Shown here: in pieces, positions 9,677-22,623 of the stretch
How the letters are laid out: every line of letters starts with the position of its first letter
Position numbering within the stretch: the first letter of the stretch is position 1
Assembly (NCBI GenBank): GCA_902548635.1
Contig: CACCSH010000005.1
Span: forward strand, 9,398 to 73,397
Length of the DNA: 64,000 bases
Direction: 5' to 3'
From: an uncultured SAR116 cluster alpha proteobacterium
GTDB lineage: Bacteria; Pseudomonadota; Alphaproteobacteria; Puniceispirillales; Marisalimonadaceae
Position numbers and translations under genes: made by a program
Notes under the pieces: generated by a model
The model's database searches: none
What the model was told of the DNA's origin: nothing
The model's input: the letters and a program-made list of their open reading frames with translations, nothing else

Positions 9677-10801
9677 TTAAGTATACCACTCATCTATCAC
9701 ACTTGTTTCTTTCTCAAAGTTAAGATGTTGTATTTTTGTTTTCAATAATATTTGTTTATTTCCTATTTGTTGGAGGGCCCATACTGCAGCTCCTCTTACT
9801 AAAGAAGACTTATCGTTCATCAATAAATTAATTAAACTAGGCACAAGCTTTTCATTTTTACTATTGCCAGTGGCTATACAACAATTTCTTATAAAACGAT
9901 CTCTTCCTATTCTCTTGATTGGAGAACCTGAAAATTCATTCCTAAAATCTTGATCAGAAAGTTTTAACAATTTTAATAAATCAAAGTTAAATTTATTATC
10001 ATTCAGTTTTATCTCTTTAGTCTTCTTTGCATATTTGTTCCAAGGGCAAATTGCTAGACAATCATCACATCCAAATACTTTATTTCCAATCGCCACCCTA
10101 TATTTTTTTGGAATAATATCTTTATTTTCGATGGTTAAGTAAGAAATGCACTTTGTCGCGTCTAACTTATTTGGTGCATCAAATGCATTAGTTGGGCAGA
10201 TAGCAATACATTTATTGCAGGAACCACAATTATTATTCTCAGGGGCATCATACTCAAGTGATTTATTTATAAGAATCACACCTAAAAAAAGCCATGAACC
10301 AAAGTCTCTAGAAACTAAATTAGTATGTTTTCCTTGCCATCCCAATCCAGCTTTTTCAGCTAATGGTTTCTCCATAATTGGTGCTGTATCAACAAATACC
10401 TTAATTTTAATTTTATTTTTTGTATTTAATTTAGAAATTAATTTGCTAGAAAGTACTTTAAGTCTTCCTTTTATAAGATTATGATAATCTATTCCTTGGG
10501 CGTATACCGATATATTTCCAATATTCTTATAATTATTTTTTTCTAAAGGATTGGTTTTAGGACCATAATTTAAGCCAAGAATTATTGCAGATTTTGCCTC
10601 TCCCCATAAATTAATGGGAGATTTTCTTCTTTCAAAAGTATCTTCCATCCATTTCATTTCACCATGAAAGCCTGAATCAATAAATTCTTTTAATCTCAGA
10701 GCAGCCAACAAAGGCAGTTTAGCATCCGTAATTTTACATACGTCGAATTCAAATTCTTTGGCTAACTCTTTAATAAATTTATTTTCTAATTTTTTTTTCA
10801 T
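9677..10801 (-). CDS. queG: Epoxyqueuosine reductase
   Basis: VDTAPIMEK, GWQGKHTNL, CGSCNKCIAICPT, CISYLTIE, GCDDCLAICPWN. Confidence 0.96.
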   Translation of the reverse strand: MKKKLENKFIKELAKEFEFDVCKITDAKLPLLAALRLKEFIDSGFHGEMKWMEDTFERRKSPINLWGEAKSAIILGLNYGPKTNPLEKNNYKNIGNISVYAQGIDYHNLIKGRLKVLSSKLISKLNTKNKIKIKVFVDTAPIMEKPLAEKAGLGWQGKHTNLVSRDFGSWLFLGVILINKSLEYDAPENNNCGSCNKCIAICPTNAFDAPNKLDATKCISYLTIENKDIIPKKYRVAIGNKVFGCDDCLAICPWNKYAKKTKEIKLNDNKFNFDLLKLLKLSDQDFRNEFSGSPIKRIGRDRFIRNCCIATGNSKNEKLVPSLINLLMNDKSSLVRGAAVWALQQIGNKQILLKTKIQHLNFEKETSVIDEWYT

Positions 10802-10817
10802 ACTAAAAAAATTTCAA

Positions 10818-12990
<2,173 letters not shown>

Positions 12991-13006
12991 TAGCTAAACA
13001 ATCTTG

Positions 13007-13951
13007 TTATTCAAAAATTTGAATAACACCTACAACATCATTAATTTTATTTTTAACTATTAAACATTGGACTTTTGCTTCTCTCATCCGATTTTCAGCC
13101 AATTGTAAATTATCAGTTTCAAGTGCAGTCAAAGGATTTTTATTCATTAAATCTGCTGCTTTTAATTCAGAAAAATTACTTTTATCAATTAAAGCTCTTC
13201 TTATATCACCGTCGGTAATAACACCATTTAAATTTTCTTTAGTTCCAACTAATGCTAGACCAAGACGCCCTTCAGTCATTATAACCAATACATCTTGAAC
13301 GCTAGAATCTTTGCAAATAAACGGTAAGTTAGTTTGCTTCATTTCATCTTTTACCGACGAAAGTAGTCTCTTTCCTAATGAACCACCTGGATGGGTTAAT
13401 GCAAAATCCTCTTGCTTAAAATTTTTTAATTCCATTAATGAAACTGCTAAAGCATCCCCTAAGACCATAGTTATCATTGTAGAAGTAGTTGGAGCTAAAT
13501 TTAATGGACAAGCCTCTCTGTCTACAGAAGTATCTAAAATAATATCTGCTTTAGATGCCAAAGTTGAATCTTTTACACCTGTAAGAGCAACTATAGTAAC
13601 ATTAAGTCTTTTAAATGCTGGTATAAGTGCAATAATTTCTTCTGTTTCACCAGAATACGAAATCAATAATACTATAGATTTTTTTTGAACTTTTCCTAAG
13701 TCACCGTGAATAGCTTCAGCAGGATGAAGAAAAATGCTTGGTGTTCCCGTAGATGCCAGAGTGGATGATATTTTTCTTCCAACAAGGCCTGACTTGCCCA
13801 TGCCACAAATTATTATATGCTCATTAGTTTTATTCATTAATTCAATTGCTTTAGAAAATTCATCTCCAAGCATTTTTTCAAATCTTTCTATACCTAATTT
13901 GTAAGCTTGGGTTAAGCTAAGTGCTGTTTCTATTGCTTTCATTTTAATCAC
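13007..13951 (-). CDS. kdsD: Arabinose-5-phosphate isomerase, KpsF/GutQ family (SIS + CBS domains)
   Basis: GMGKSG, HPAEAIHGDLG, EACPLNLAPTTST, HPGGSLG. Confidence 0.92.
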   Translation of the reverse strand: MIKMKAIETALSLTQAYKLGIERFEKMLGDEFSKAIELMNKTNEHIIICGMGKSGLVGRKISSTLASTGTPSIFLHPAEAIHGDLGKVQKKSIVLLISYSGETEEIIALIPAFKRLNVTIVALTGVKDSTLASKADIILDTSVDREACPLNLAPTTSTMITMVLGDALAVSLMELKNFKQEDFALTHPGGSLGKRLLSSVKDEMKQTNLPFICKDSSVQDVLVIMTEGRLGLALVGTKENLNGVITDGDIRRALIDKSNFSELKAADLMNKNPLTALETDNLQLAENRMREAKVQCLIVKNKINDVVGVIQIFE

Positions 13952-14013
13952 CCTTTAATATGAAGATGTTTTAACTTGAAATCATTAAGAATACCACAAA
14001 AAGGGTAAAATCT

Positions 14014-14775
14014 TTGAAAATTCACTTTCACATAGCAAAAAATAAAAAAGCAAAAGTAGTAGCCGACGAACTTCTTAATTTGTACGGACAGGTAGAACCT
14101 TCTAAAGCAGAAGTAATTGTTGCAGTTGGAGGTGACGGAGCGATGCTTGCAGCTATGAGAGAAAGTATTACATACAATATCCCAGTTTATGGACTCAACA
14201 GAGGTAATATAGGTTTTTTAATGAATGAATTTCAAATGTTAAATTTAATTAATAGATTAAAAGATGCAAATGAAATAATTGTTCACCCTCTAGAAATGAT
14301 AGTGATTGACACTAAAAATAAAAAGTATGTTGAACTTGCTATTAATGAGGTAGCTATTTTTAGACGAACTCATCAAAGCGCAATAATCTCCATAAAGATT
14401 GATAATACAGAAAGATTGAATGAGTTAACTTGTGATGGAGTTATGGTTGCAACACCAGTGGGATCTACTGCTTATAATCTTTCTGCACATGGTCCAATCT
14501 TACCAATTGGATCAGAACTTCTGGCATTAACTCCTATAAGTCCTTTTAGGCCTAGAAGATGGAAAGGCGCATTAATTAAAAATAAATCTGTAGTTGAATT
14601 TAATATAATCAGCTCAAAACTTCGCCCAGTTAGCGCTAGCGCTGATGCTAAAGAAGTAAAGAATATTGAAAAAGTGATTATTTCTCAAAAACATAATATT
14701 AACTTGCGCATTCTTTACGATAAGACCAACAGCATGGAAGATAAATATTTAAAAGAACAATTTTCGATTGGATAA
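14014..14775 (+). CDS. nadK: NAD kinase
   Basis: GGDG, GFLMN, NE, DGVMVATPVGSTAYNLSAHGP. Confidence 0.95.
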   Translation: MKIHFHIAKNKKAKVVADELLNLYGQVEPSKAEVIVAVGGDGAMLAAMRESITYNIPVYGLNRGNIGFLMNEFQMLNLINRLKDANEIIVHPLEMIVIDTKNKKYVELAINEVAIFRRTHQSAIISIKIDNTERLNELTCDGVMVATPVGSTAYNLSAHGPILPIGSELLALTPISPFRPRRWKGALIKNKSVVEFNIISSKLRPVSASADAKEVKNIEKVIISQKHNINLRILYDKTNSMEDKYLKEQFSIG

Positions 14776-14777
14776 AA

Positions 14778-16574
14778 TTAGTTCAACTTTTCTTGTTGTC
14801 TCAACCACATTTCTGCATAAAGGCCATTTTTCTTTATAAGCTCTTTGTGACTACCCTGTTCTGCAATAATACCGTTCTCTAACACAATAATTTTATCCGC
14901 ATCTATAATTGTTGATAATCTATGAGCTATAACTAGAGTACTATTTTTATTTGATAATTTTTTGAGAGATTTCTCTATTGATTTTTCTGTTTTTGAGTCT
15001 AAAGCAGACGTTGCTTCATCAAAAATAAAAATTTTGGGATTTTTAAGAAGCGCTCTTGCTATGGCAACTCTTTGCTTTTCTCCTCCTGAAAGTTTCAGAC
15101 CTCTTTCACCAACAATCGTATCATACCCAATTTCTAAGTTAGCAATAAATCTGTCAATAGATGATAATTTTGCTGCGTTATTAATTTCTCCTATCGATGC
15201 TCCAGGCTTAGAATAAGCAATATTATACTTTATAGTATCATTAAATAAAACTGTATCCTGAGGAACAACTCCAATATTAGATCTTAATGAACTTTGAGTA
15301 ACGTCTTTTATATTTTGGTTGTCTATCGAAATAATACCAGAAGAAGGATCATAGAATCTAAATAAAAGTTTAGAAATTGTAGATTTGCCTGCTCCAGTTG
15401 GACCAACTATTGCCACTTTATGACCTGGGTTTACAACAAAACTTAGGTTTTTTAAAATTACCCTATTTCCAAATGAAAATTTTATATTTTTAAACTCTAT
15501 TTTGCCACTATGTACATCAAGATCATAAGCATTTTCTTTGTCGACAATATCTGGCATCTCATCAACTAAAGCAAACATCCTGCCAATGTCTAATAAAGAT
15601 TGTCTAATCTCTCTGTAAACAAAACCTAAAAAATTCAAGGGCAAATATAACTGTAACAAAAAAGTATTTACAACCACAAAATCTCCAATTGACATTTTTT
15701 CACTTGCAATATCTTCTCCAGCCATTCCCATAATTAGGAAGAGTCCAATCGCAATTATTGCTCCTTGACCAATATTAACAACTGATAAGGAAGCCCTAGC
15801 TTTAACAGCAGAATCTTCATATGATTTCATTGCATTATCAAATCTATCAGCCTCTATTTTTTCAGAATTAAAATATTTTACAGTTTCAAAATTTAACAAA
15901 CTATCTATGGCTTTTGTAGATGCATTTTCGTCAGCAAGATTCATTTTTCGTCTAATTGCAATTCTCCACTCAGTTACCTTTATTGTATAAATAATATAAA
16001 TTATGACTGTTGTTACAGTGACTGCTGCATACGCCAAGCCGAATGTTGCCCATAAAACTATACCTACTGCTATTAATTCAACTAAAACAGGAACAATTTC
16101 AAAAGCTGCGAACCTTAGTAAAAATTCTATCCCTTTAGATCCCCTATCAATAGCCCTTGTTAAACCACCAGTCTGCCTATTAAGATGAAAAGAAAGAGAC
16201 AAACTATGCAAATGCTGAAAAGCTTTTAATGCAGCGCCTCTTACTGCTTTTTGAGCAACTCTTGCAAAAACGAACTCTTTTGCTTCATCAAAAAAAACTT
16301 GTCCAAGCCTAGCTAAGGCATAAGAGCCTATAACAAACCAAAGTAGATTTAAATTTACTTGTTTTCCCTCAGATACAAGATCTACAGCTTTCCCATATAA
16401 AAATGGTGTATAAACTGTTACTATTGTTGCCAAAATTAAAAAAATAAATGCTAAGAATATCCTAAATGGCATCTCTTTATTGCCTTTAGGTATAACAAAT
16501 CTTAGCAGTTCCTTTAGTGTTTTAAGAGGGGTTAAAATTTTAGTATTTGAAGAAAATGCATCAGCATTTTTCAT
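14778..16574 (-). CDS. Atm1/ABCB7-like ABC exporter (TMD+NBD)
   Basis: FHLNRQTGGL, DSLLNFETVKYF, QLYLPLNFLGFVYREIRQ, GPTGAGKST, LSGGEKQR. Confidence 0.93.
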   Translation of the reverse strand: MKNADAFSSNTKILTPLKTLKELLRFVIPKGNKEMPFRIFLAFIFLILATIVTVYTPFLYGKAVDLVSEGKQVNLNLLWFVIGSYALARLGQVFFDEAKEFVFARVAQKAVRGAALKAFQHLHSLSLSFHLNRQTGGLTRAIDRGSKGIEFLLRFAAFEIVPVLVELIAVGIVLWATFGLAYAAVTVTTVIIYIIYTIKVTEWRIAIRRKMNLADENASTKAIDSLLNFETVKYFNSEKIEADRFDNAMKSYEDSAVKARASLSVVNIGQGAIIAIGLFLIMGMAGEDIASEKMSIGDFVVVNTFLLQLYLPLNFLGFVYREIRQSLLDIGRMFALVDEMPDIVDKENAYDLDVHSGKIEFKNIKFSFGNRVILKNLSFVVNPGHKVAIVGPTGAGKSTISKLLFRFYDPSSGIISIDNQNIKDVTQSSLRSNIGVVPQDTVLFNDTIKYNIAYSKPGASIGEINNAAKLSSIDRFIANLEIGYDTIVGERGLKLSGGEKQRVAIARALLKNPKIFIFDEATSALDSKTEKSIEKSLKKLSNKNSTLVIAHRLSTIIDADKIIVLENGIIAEQGSHKELIKKNGLYAEMWLRQQEKLN

Positions 16575-16598
16575 GAAAGATAGCCTTTATATTTATTG

Positions 16599-16949
16599 CT
16601 ATTCAGCTACGGTAAAGCTTTCACCACAACCGCAACGGGCAATTTCATTTGGATTAGAAAACTCAAAACCTGAACTGAACTTTTGTTCTTTATAATCCAT
16701 CTCTGATCCAATTAAAAACATAATTGCCGCTGGATCAATACATATAACAATGTCTTTAGAAATAATTTTCTCTTCGAAGGGTTTTATTTCTGTAGCATAC
16801 TCAACATTGTATTTCATTCCTGAACAACCAGCAGTTTTAATACCAATCCGTAGCCCTATTACTTCTGATTTAGTATCTTTCATTAGTGTTTTAACCCTAT
16901 TAGCGGCAGCTTCAGTTAAGGTTAATAATGGGTTATTTTTATTAGTCAT
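16599..16949 (-). CDS. sufA: A-type Fe-S carrier (SufA/IscA)
   Basis: GCSG and CGCGESF; AGGAG SD before ATG 16949. Confidence 0.92.
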   Translation of the reverse strand: MTNKNNPLLTLTEAAANRVKTLMKDTKSEVIGLRIGIKTAGCSGMKYNVEYATEIKPFEEKIISKDIVICIDPAAIMFLIGSEMDYKEQKFSSGFEFSNPNEIARCGCGESFTVAE

Positions 16950-16967
16950 TATAAACTCCTTCAAAAA

Positions 16968-17384
16968 TTAATGTATATCAAGAGCCATTTTTGCATCTTC
17001 ACTCATTCTGTCCTTTGTCCAGGCAGGTTCCCATACGAGTTCGACTTCAATTAAGCCTACATCATCTATTTTCGCAATTGTATCAGCAACTTGTCCAGGC
17101 ATTTCTCCAGCAACAGGACAACCTGGAGCTGTGAGAGACATTTTAATTTTAATATCATTATTTTCTAATAGAACAATATCATAAATAAGGCCTAAATCAT
17201 AAATGTTAACTGGTATTTCTGGATCATAAATAGTTTCAATACATTTTTTAACTTCTGAAAGTTCTATTTTTCTAGTACATATATTATTTTTTTTACCAGC
17301 TTTAGCCGTAAATGGTGCATGCGGATCAGAAGATGGATGATGTGGCATAAATGCTGATAAAGGAAGCTTTTCAGAATCACTCAT
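16968..17384 (-). CDS. sufT: SUF Fe-S assembly protein SufT (DUF59)
   Basis: YDPEIPVNIYDLGLIY, MSLTAPGCPVAGEMP, W(T)KDRMSEDA. Confidence 0.92.
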   Translation of the reverse strand: MSDSEKLPLSAFMPHHPSSDPHAPFTAKAGKKNNICTRKIELSEVKKCIETIYDPEIPVNIYDLGLIYDIVLLENNDIKIKMSLTAPGCPVAGEMPGQVADTIAKIDDVGLIEVELVWEPAWTKDRMSEDAKMALDIH

Positions 17385-17385
17385 T

Positions 17386-18609
17386 TCAAACACCAAAGAT
17401 CTTTTTTACTTTATTTAGAGACTGAGCTAATTTATCAAAGTCTTCTTTTGTTGAATATGCCCCAACAGAAGCCCTGGTTGTAGATACTAAATTAAATGCA
17501 TCCATTAATGGTTGTGCACAATGATGACCTGCTCTTACAGCTATACCCTCCCTGTCAATAATTGTTGCTATATCATGTGAATGGGCACAATCCATAGTGA
17601 AGGAAACCACACCTGTTTTACTAGGGGCTTTTCCAAAAACATTTACGCCGTCAATAGAATCTAATAAGGCGGTCCCATAATCAATTATATTTTTTTCGTG
17701 AGCCCCGATTTTGTCAATACCAACTTCTAAAACCCAGTCAATTGCTTCCCCCAAAGCTATTGCTTCTACAATAGGTGGTGTACCCGCTTCAAATCTCAGA
17801 GGAGGATCTGCAAAAGTTGATTTATCTATTCTAACTACATCTATCATATCTCCACCACCTAAAAAAGGCGGCATTTCTTCTAATATTTTATATTTACCAA
17901 ACAGTATGCCGATACCAGTAGGTCCATACAACTTATGACCAGAAAAACAATAAAAGTCGCATCCTAAGTCAACCATATCTACCTTTTCATGAATAACACC
18001 TTGGCACCCATCAACAATACTAATTGCTCCACAATCTTTAGCAATTTTACAAATTTCCTTAACGGGGAAGGTGGTTCCTAAAACGTTAGACACGTGCGGG
18101 AAAGCAACAACCTTAGTTTTATCAGTAACTAATTTTTTTATAACACTTGCGTCAAAATCCATATTAGGATCAATATCTGCGGCTATAATACTTGCACCTT
18201 TCAGTTCTGCAATAAGTTGCCAAGGTACAATATTTGCGTGATGTTCTGCAATTGTGATTATTATTTCATCTCCGGGCAATATATTTTTCATTCCCCAGCT
18301 ATATGCAACTAAATTTATTGCAGCTGTAGCACCTGAGGTAAAAACAACTTCCTGTTCATTACAATTTATAAAATCGGCTACTTTTTTTCTGGCACCTTCA
18401 TAACTAGAAGTGGCCTCTTCAGACAATTTATGCAAACCTCTATGAACATTTGAGTAATTAAATGAATAATTTTTATTTATAGCTTCTAAAACTTTTCTAG
18501 GTTTTTGCATTGATGCAGCAGAGTCAAGGTATACAAGTGGTTTATTCCAAACTTGTCTATTTAAAGCTGGAAATTGGCCTTTAATGTGCTGTAAGTCATA
18601 AGGTTTCAT
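17386..18609 (-). CDS. sufS: Cysteine desulfurase SufS
   Basis: YLDSAAS, SGHKLYGPTG, RFEAGTP, RAGHHCAQP. Confidence 0.96.
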   Translation of the reverse strand: MKPYDLQHIKGQFPALNRQVWNKPLVYLDSAASMQKPRKVLEAINKNYSFNYSNVHRGLHKLSEEATSSYEGARKKVADFINCNEQEVVFTSGATAAINLVAYSWGMKNILPGDEIIITIAEHHANIVPWQLIAELKGASIIAADIDPNMDFDASVIKKLVTDKTKVVAFPHVSNVLGTTFPVKEICKIAKDCGAISIVDGCQGVIHEKVDMVDLGCDFYCFSGHKLYGPTGIGILFGKYKILEEMPPFLGGGDMIDVVRIDKSTFADPPLRFEAGTPPIVEAIALGEAIDWVLEVGIDKIGAHEKNIIDYGTALLDSIDGVNVFGKAPSKTGVVSFTMDCAHSHDIATIIDREGIAVRAGHHCAQPLMDAFNLVSTTRASVGAYSTKEDFDKLAQSLNKVKKIFGV

Positions 18610-18610
18610 T

Positions 18611-19873
18611 TTAAAATATTTCTTTGGTTATAATTGAGGATAAGGCTAATTCAGCTTCTTTAAACACAAAATCATGTAATGAATTATCAACAGATTGACT
18701 GATCATATCTTCTAAAAAGGCTTTAATAAGTATTTCCCGTGCCTTATCCATAGGAACACCTCTACTATTGAGATAAAATAGTTGATCATCATCTAATTCG
18801 CCAACTGTGGCACCATGCGCACAGATCACATCATCAGCATAGATTTCTAGTTCAGGTTTAGCATTAGCACTTGCAGTATCAGATAGTAAAATAGCTCTAC
18901 TCATTTGTTGGCCATCAGTTCTTTGAGCATCTTGTGCTACTCTAACCTTACCTTGGAAAACACCTGTTGATTTTCCTCCAAGGACACCTCTTACAATTTG
19001 TTTAGAAGTACAATCTGGTACATCGTGATAAATTGCTGTAGTTAGGTCGTGATGCTGTTTGTTACAAGATATATAGACACCGTTAAGGTTCAATTTTGCA
19101 TTACAACCATTTAAATAAGCGTGTGTTTCTGAGCGAGTAAAAATTCCACCTTTTATCAAGGAAAACGAATTTAAATAAGATTCTTTAGACAAATAAACAC
19201 AATTAGCAGATAAATTATATGTTTTTTCATTGTCATTAAATATTTTAATAGAATTTAAAGAAGCTTTATTTCTTAATTCTATAAGCTGCAATGGCATTGC
19301 CAATGAAGTTAAATGATTAAATCGTTCAATTAAATATAAACTACTATTCTCTTCCAACTCTAAATATAAGACTGGATGAACTGATTGACTGTCTTCACCA
19401 CCTTCATATATAATTTCAAGAAAATCATTTACTTCTATATCTTTTGATACTGTTAATTTCATTATTGACGGAGTGCAAGATAATGAAACATTTGTAGAGG
19501 GATGATCACTTAAATTACTCTTTTTTATTTTTTGCAAATACTTTAGACCTTCACTATCACTAAGAACTGACAAATTAACCCCTGAAGGCAATTTAGAGGA
19601 TAAATCTTCTCGATAAGCCCCATCAATAAAGTGAATAATTGTTGATCCAATAAGGGTTGACGTATTATTGTTGTTCTTTTTTAAATTAGGATTTATAGGT
19701 TTGATTTTTTTTCTAGATAAAGATCCTAACCTACTTAATCTCCATGTTTCTTCTCGAGGACTAGGCCAACTTTTAAAATCATTACATGCTATTCTTCTAA
19801 AGTTCGTGTCTTCAAACTGATTAGTATAATTTTTAATAGAATTGATATAATCGTCTTTAATACTATGCTGCAT
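18611..19873 (-). CDS. sufD: Fe-S assembly protein SufD
   Basis: VFQGKV, KPELEIYADDVICAHGATVG, FYLNSRG. Confidence 0.95.
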   Translation of the reverse strand: MQHSIKDDYINSIKNYTNQFEDTNFRRIACNDFKSWPSPREETWRLSRLGSLSRKKIKPINPNLKKNNNNTSTLIGSTIIHFIDGAYREDLSSKLPSGVNLSVLSDSEGLKYLQKIKKSNLSDHPSTNVSLSCTPSIMKLTVSKDIEVNDFLEIIYEGGEDSQSVHPVLYLELEENSSLYLIERFNHLTSLAMPLQLIELRNKASLNSIKIFNDNEKTYNLSANCVYLSKESYLNSFSLIKGGIFTRSETHAYLNGCNAKLNLNGVYISCNKQHHDLTTAIYHDVPDCTSKQIVRGVLGGKSTGVFQGKVRVAQDAQRTDGQQMSRAILLSDTASANAKPELEIYADDVICAHGATVGELDDDQLFYLNSRGVPMDKAREILIKAFLEDMISQSVDNSLHDFVFKEAELALSSIITKEIF

Positions 19874-20615
19874 TAATTAAACCTGAGTAACCATTTTTTT
19901 CAACTTCTAGAGCTAATTCCGGGCCACCTGACTTGATAATAACACCGTCAGACAAAATATGAACAAAATCGGGAATAATATAATCTAATAACCTTTGATA
20001 GTGTGTAATAACAACAATAGCATTATCATTATTTCTCTGTGCATTAACACCATCAGAAACTATTTTGAGAGCATCAACATCTAGACCTGAGTCGGTTTCA
20101 TCCAAAATAGAAACTGTTGGTTTTAACATTGCCATTTGTAAAATCTCAAACCGTTTTTTTTCCCCACCGGAAAATCCAACATTTACAGCTCTTTTTAACA
20201 TTTCGTCTTTGACATGCATTTTTGAAGCTTCTTTCCTTGCTTCCTTAACAAAAGCTAAATGATCAAGTTCCTCTTCGCCTAAAAACTTCCTTCTTGAGTT
20301 AACCGCTTCTCTTAAAAAACTCATTCCTCCAACACCAGGCAATTCAACAGGATATTGAAAAGCCAGAAACAAACCAGATCTTGCTCTTTCATCTGCTTCC
20401 ATTTCAGATAAAGAAATTCCATCTAATAAAATTTCTCCTTCTTCTAACTCATATCCATCTCGTCCTGCTAACATATAAGATAAAGTACTTTTACCAGAAC
20501 CGTTAGGTCCCATGATTGCGTGAACTTCTCCTTTGTTAACTGATAAGGAAACCCCGTTGAGAATATTTTTATTATCAAGTTTTAGATGAGCATTTTTGAT
20601 TTCAAGTAACGACAT
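19863..20615 (-). CDS. sufC: Fe-S assembly ATPase SufC
   Basis: GPNGSGKST, FSGGEKKR, LDETDSGLDVDAL. Confidence 0.97.
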   Translation of the reverse strand: MSLLEIKNAHLKLDNKNILNGVSLSVNKGEVHAIMGPNGSGKSTLSYMLAGRDGYELEEGEILLDGISLSEMEADERARSGLFLAFQYPVELPGVGGMSFLREAVNSRRKFLGEEELDHLAFVKEARKEASKMHVKDEMLKRAVNVGFSGGEKKRFEILQMAMLKPTVSILDETDSGLDVDALKIVSDGVNAQRNNDNAIVVITHYQRLLDYIIPDFVHILSDGVIIKSGGPELALEVEKNGYSGLINAA

Positions 20616-20648
20616 ATCAATTCCATTTAAAATAGTTTATTAGTTCGG

Positions 20649-22100
20649 TTAGCCTACAGAACCCTCTAAACTAATTCCGATTAGTTTTTGGGCTTCTACT
20701 GCAAACTCCATTGGCAACTCTTTCATTACTTCTTTACAAAAACCATTAACAATTAATGATGTAGCTTGTTCACTGTCTAAGCCCCTTTGAAGACAGTAAA
20801 AAAGTTGATCTTCCGAAATCTTCGAGGTAGTAGCTTCATGTTCAACTCTTGCAGATGGAGTATGTTGATTTATATAAGGAACAGTATGAGCTCCACACTG
20901 ATCACCAATTAACAAAGAATCGCATTGTGTAAAATTCCTGGAACCCATAGCATTTTTTTGAATTTGAACTTGACCTCTATAAGTATTCTGAGCTTTACCT
21001 GCTGAAATTCCTTTTGAAATAATTGTAGATTTAGTATTCTTGCCTATATGGATCATTTTAGTTCCAGTATCAGCCTGTTGAGCGTTATTAGCCACAGCTA
21101 CAGAATAAAATTCTCCAACTGAATTGTCTCCTTTGAGGACACAAGATGGATATTTCCATGTGATAGCTGATCCAGTTTCAACTTGTGTCCATGATATTTT
21201 TGATCTATTACCAAGACAATTACCCCTTTTAGTAACAAAATTATAAATTCCACCTTTTCCATCTTTGTCACCTGGATACCAATTTTGAACTGTTGAATAT
21301 TTTATCTCTGCATCATCCATAGCCACCAATTCCACGACAGCAGCATGCAACTGATTTTCATCTCTTTGCGGGGCAGTACAACCTTCTAAATATGAAACAT
21401 AAGCATTATCTTCAACTATAATTAAAGTTCTTTCAAATTGACCTGAATTTTGTTCATTTATCCTAAAGTAAGTTGATAACTCCATTGGACATTTTACGCC
21501 CTTAGGGACAAATACGAATGATCCATCTGTAAAAACTGCGGAATTAAGGGCGGCATAATAATTATCACCTATAGGTATAACAGATCCAATATATTTTTTT
21601 ACAAGATCTGGATAATTTTGAACTGCTTCTGATATTGGACAAAAAATAATACCTTCATCAGCAAGTTTTTCTCTAAAAGTCGTTGCAACTGAAACTGAAT
21701 CAAAAACGTAGTCAACGGCTACACCTGCTAGAGCTTCCTGCTCTTTTATTGGTATGCCTAGTTTTTCGTAAGTCTTCAATAACTCAGGATCCACCTCATC
21801 AAGACTATTCAATTTAGGTTTGATTTTAGGTGCTGAATAATAATAAATATCTTGAAAATCTATTTTTGGAAAATTAACCATGGCCCAATTAGGTTCATCC
21901 ATAGTTAGCCATTTTTTGTAAGCCTTTAATCTCCAGTCTAACAACCATTTAGGCTCTTTTTTCTTATTAGATATAAATTTTACAATTTTTTCACTTAAAC
22001 CTAATGGTGCTTTTTCGGCTTCAAGCTCAGTTACAAAACCATATTTGTAAGAGCTAGTAACTTCTTTCACTTTATCAATTGTTTCTTGAGTGGCTACCAT
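20649..22100 (-). CDS. sufB: Fe-S assembly protein SufB
   Basis: [35 protein letters not shown]. Confidence 0.98.
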   Translation of the reverse strand: MVATQETIDKVKEVTSSYKYGFVTELEAEKAPLGLSEKIVKFISNKKKEPKWLLDWRLKAYKKWLTMDEPNWAMVNFPKIDFQDIYYYSAPKIKPKLNSLDEVDPELLKTYEKLGIPIKEQEALAGVAVDYVFDSVSVATTFREKLADEGIIFCPISEAVQNYPDLVKKYIGSVIPIGDNYYAALNSAVFTDGSFVFVPKGVKCPMELSTYFRINEQNSGQFERTLIIVEDNAYVSYLEGCTAPQRDENQLHAAVVELVAMDDAEIKYSTVQNWYPGDKDGKGGIYNFVTKRGNCLGNRSKISWTQVETGSAITWKYPSCVLKGDNSVGEFYSVAVANNAQQADTGTKMIHIGKNTKSTIISKGISAGKAQNTYRGQVQIQKNAMGSRNFTQCDSLLIGDQCGAHTVPYINQHTPSARVEHEATTSKISEDQLFYCLQRGLDSEQATSLIVNGFCKEVMKELPMEFAVEAQKLIGISLEGSVG

Positions 22101-22111
22101 TTAAATTCCTT

Positions 22112-22573
22112 TTAATTAATTGTACTAATTACAACTTCTTTTTTACCCTCAGTTATAAAAGGGTTTCCAAAATTAAGTAGATCATTTAATGAAATGTCGT
22201 TAAGTGTTTTTCTGATAACATCATTGACCTTATTCCACTTTCCTCCTAAGAAGCAAATATTACTTGCTTCACAAAGATTTTCTGAATTCTCGACACATGC
22301 TGTCAAAGTAATAGGTCCTTCTAATGCCTCTATAATTTCAACCACAGATATTTCCGAAGATTTTCTATTTAAAACGTATCCACCTAAAGCTCCACGATAA
22401 GCACTTATTAAGTCACTTTTGGATACAATAATTTTTAAGATTTTTTGAACTGTGTACAATGTTAAACCAGTTTCTCTTGATAATTCTGAAGCTGACATTG
22501 GGTATCCTGATTTACGTGATAACATTCCAAGACAAACAACAGCGTAATCAGTCATTTTATTAAGTTTTATCAT
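22112..22573 (-). CDS. Rrf2-family SUF system regulator (IscR-like, three Cys)
   Basis: MIKLNKMTDYAV, RGALGGY, EALEGPI, C-x7-C-x5-C; first gene of the suf operon; start revised to 22573. Confidence 0.92.
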   Translation of the reverse strand: MIKLNKMTDYAVVCLGMLSRKSGYPMSASELSRETGLTLYTVQKILKIIVSKSDLISAYRGALGGYVLNRKSSEISVVEIIEALEGPITLTACVENSENLCEASNICFLGGKWNKVNDVIRKTLNDISLNDLLNFGNPFITEGKKEVVISTIN

Positions 22574-22583
22574 ATTAGATATA

Positions 22584-22602
22584 TAGTACATTAACAGTAC
22601 TA
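22584..22602. promoter_or_regulatory. Palindrome TAGTAC-N7-GTACTA, candidate Rrf2 operator
   Basis: Perfect 6-7-6 inverted repeat 10 nt upstream of the rrf2 ATG. Confidence 0.55.
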
Positions 22603-22623
22603 ATTAAAGATTAAATTAGAAAA

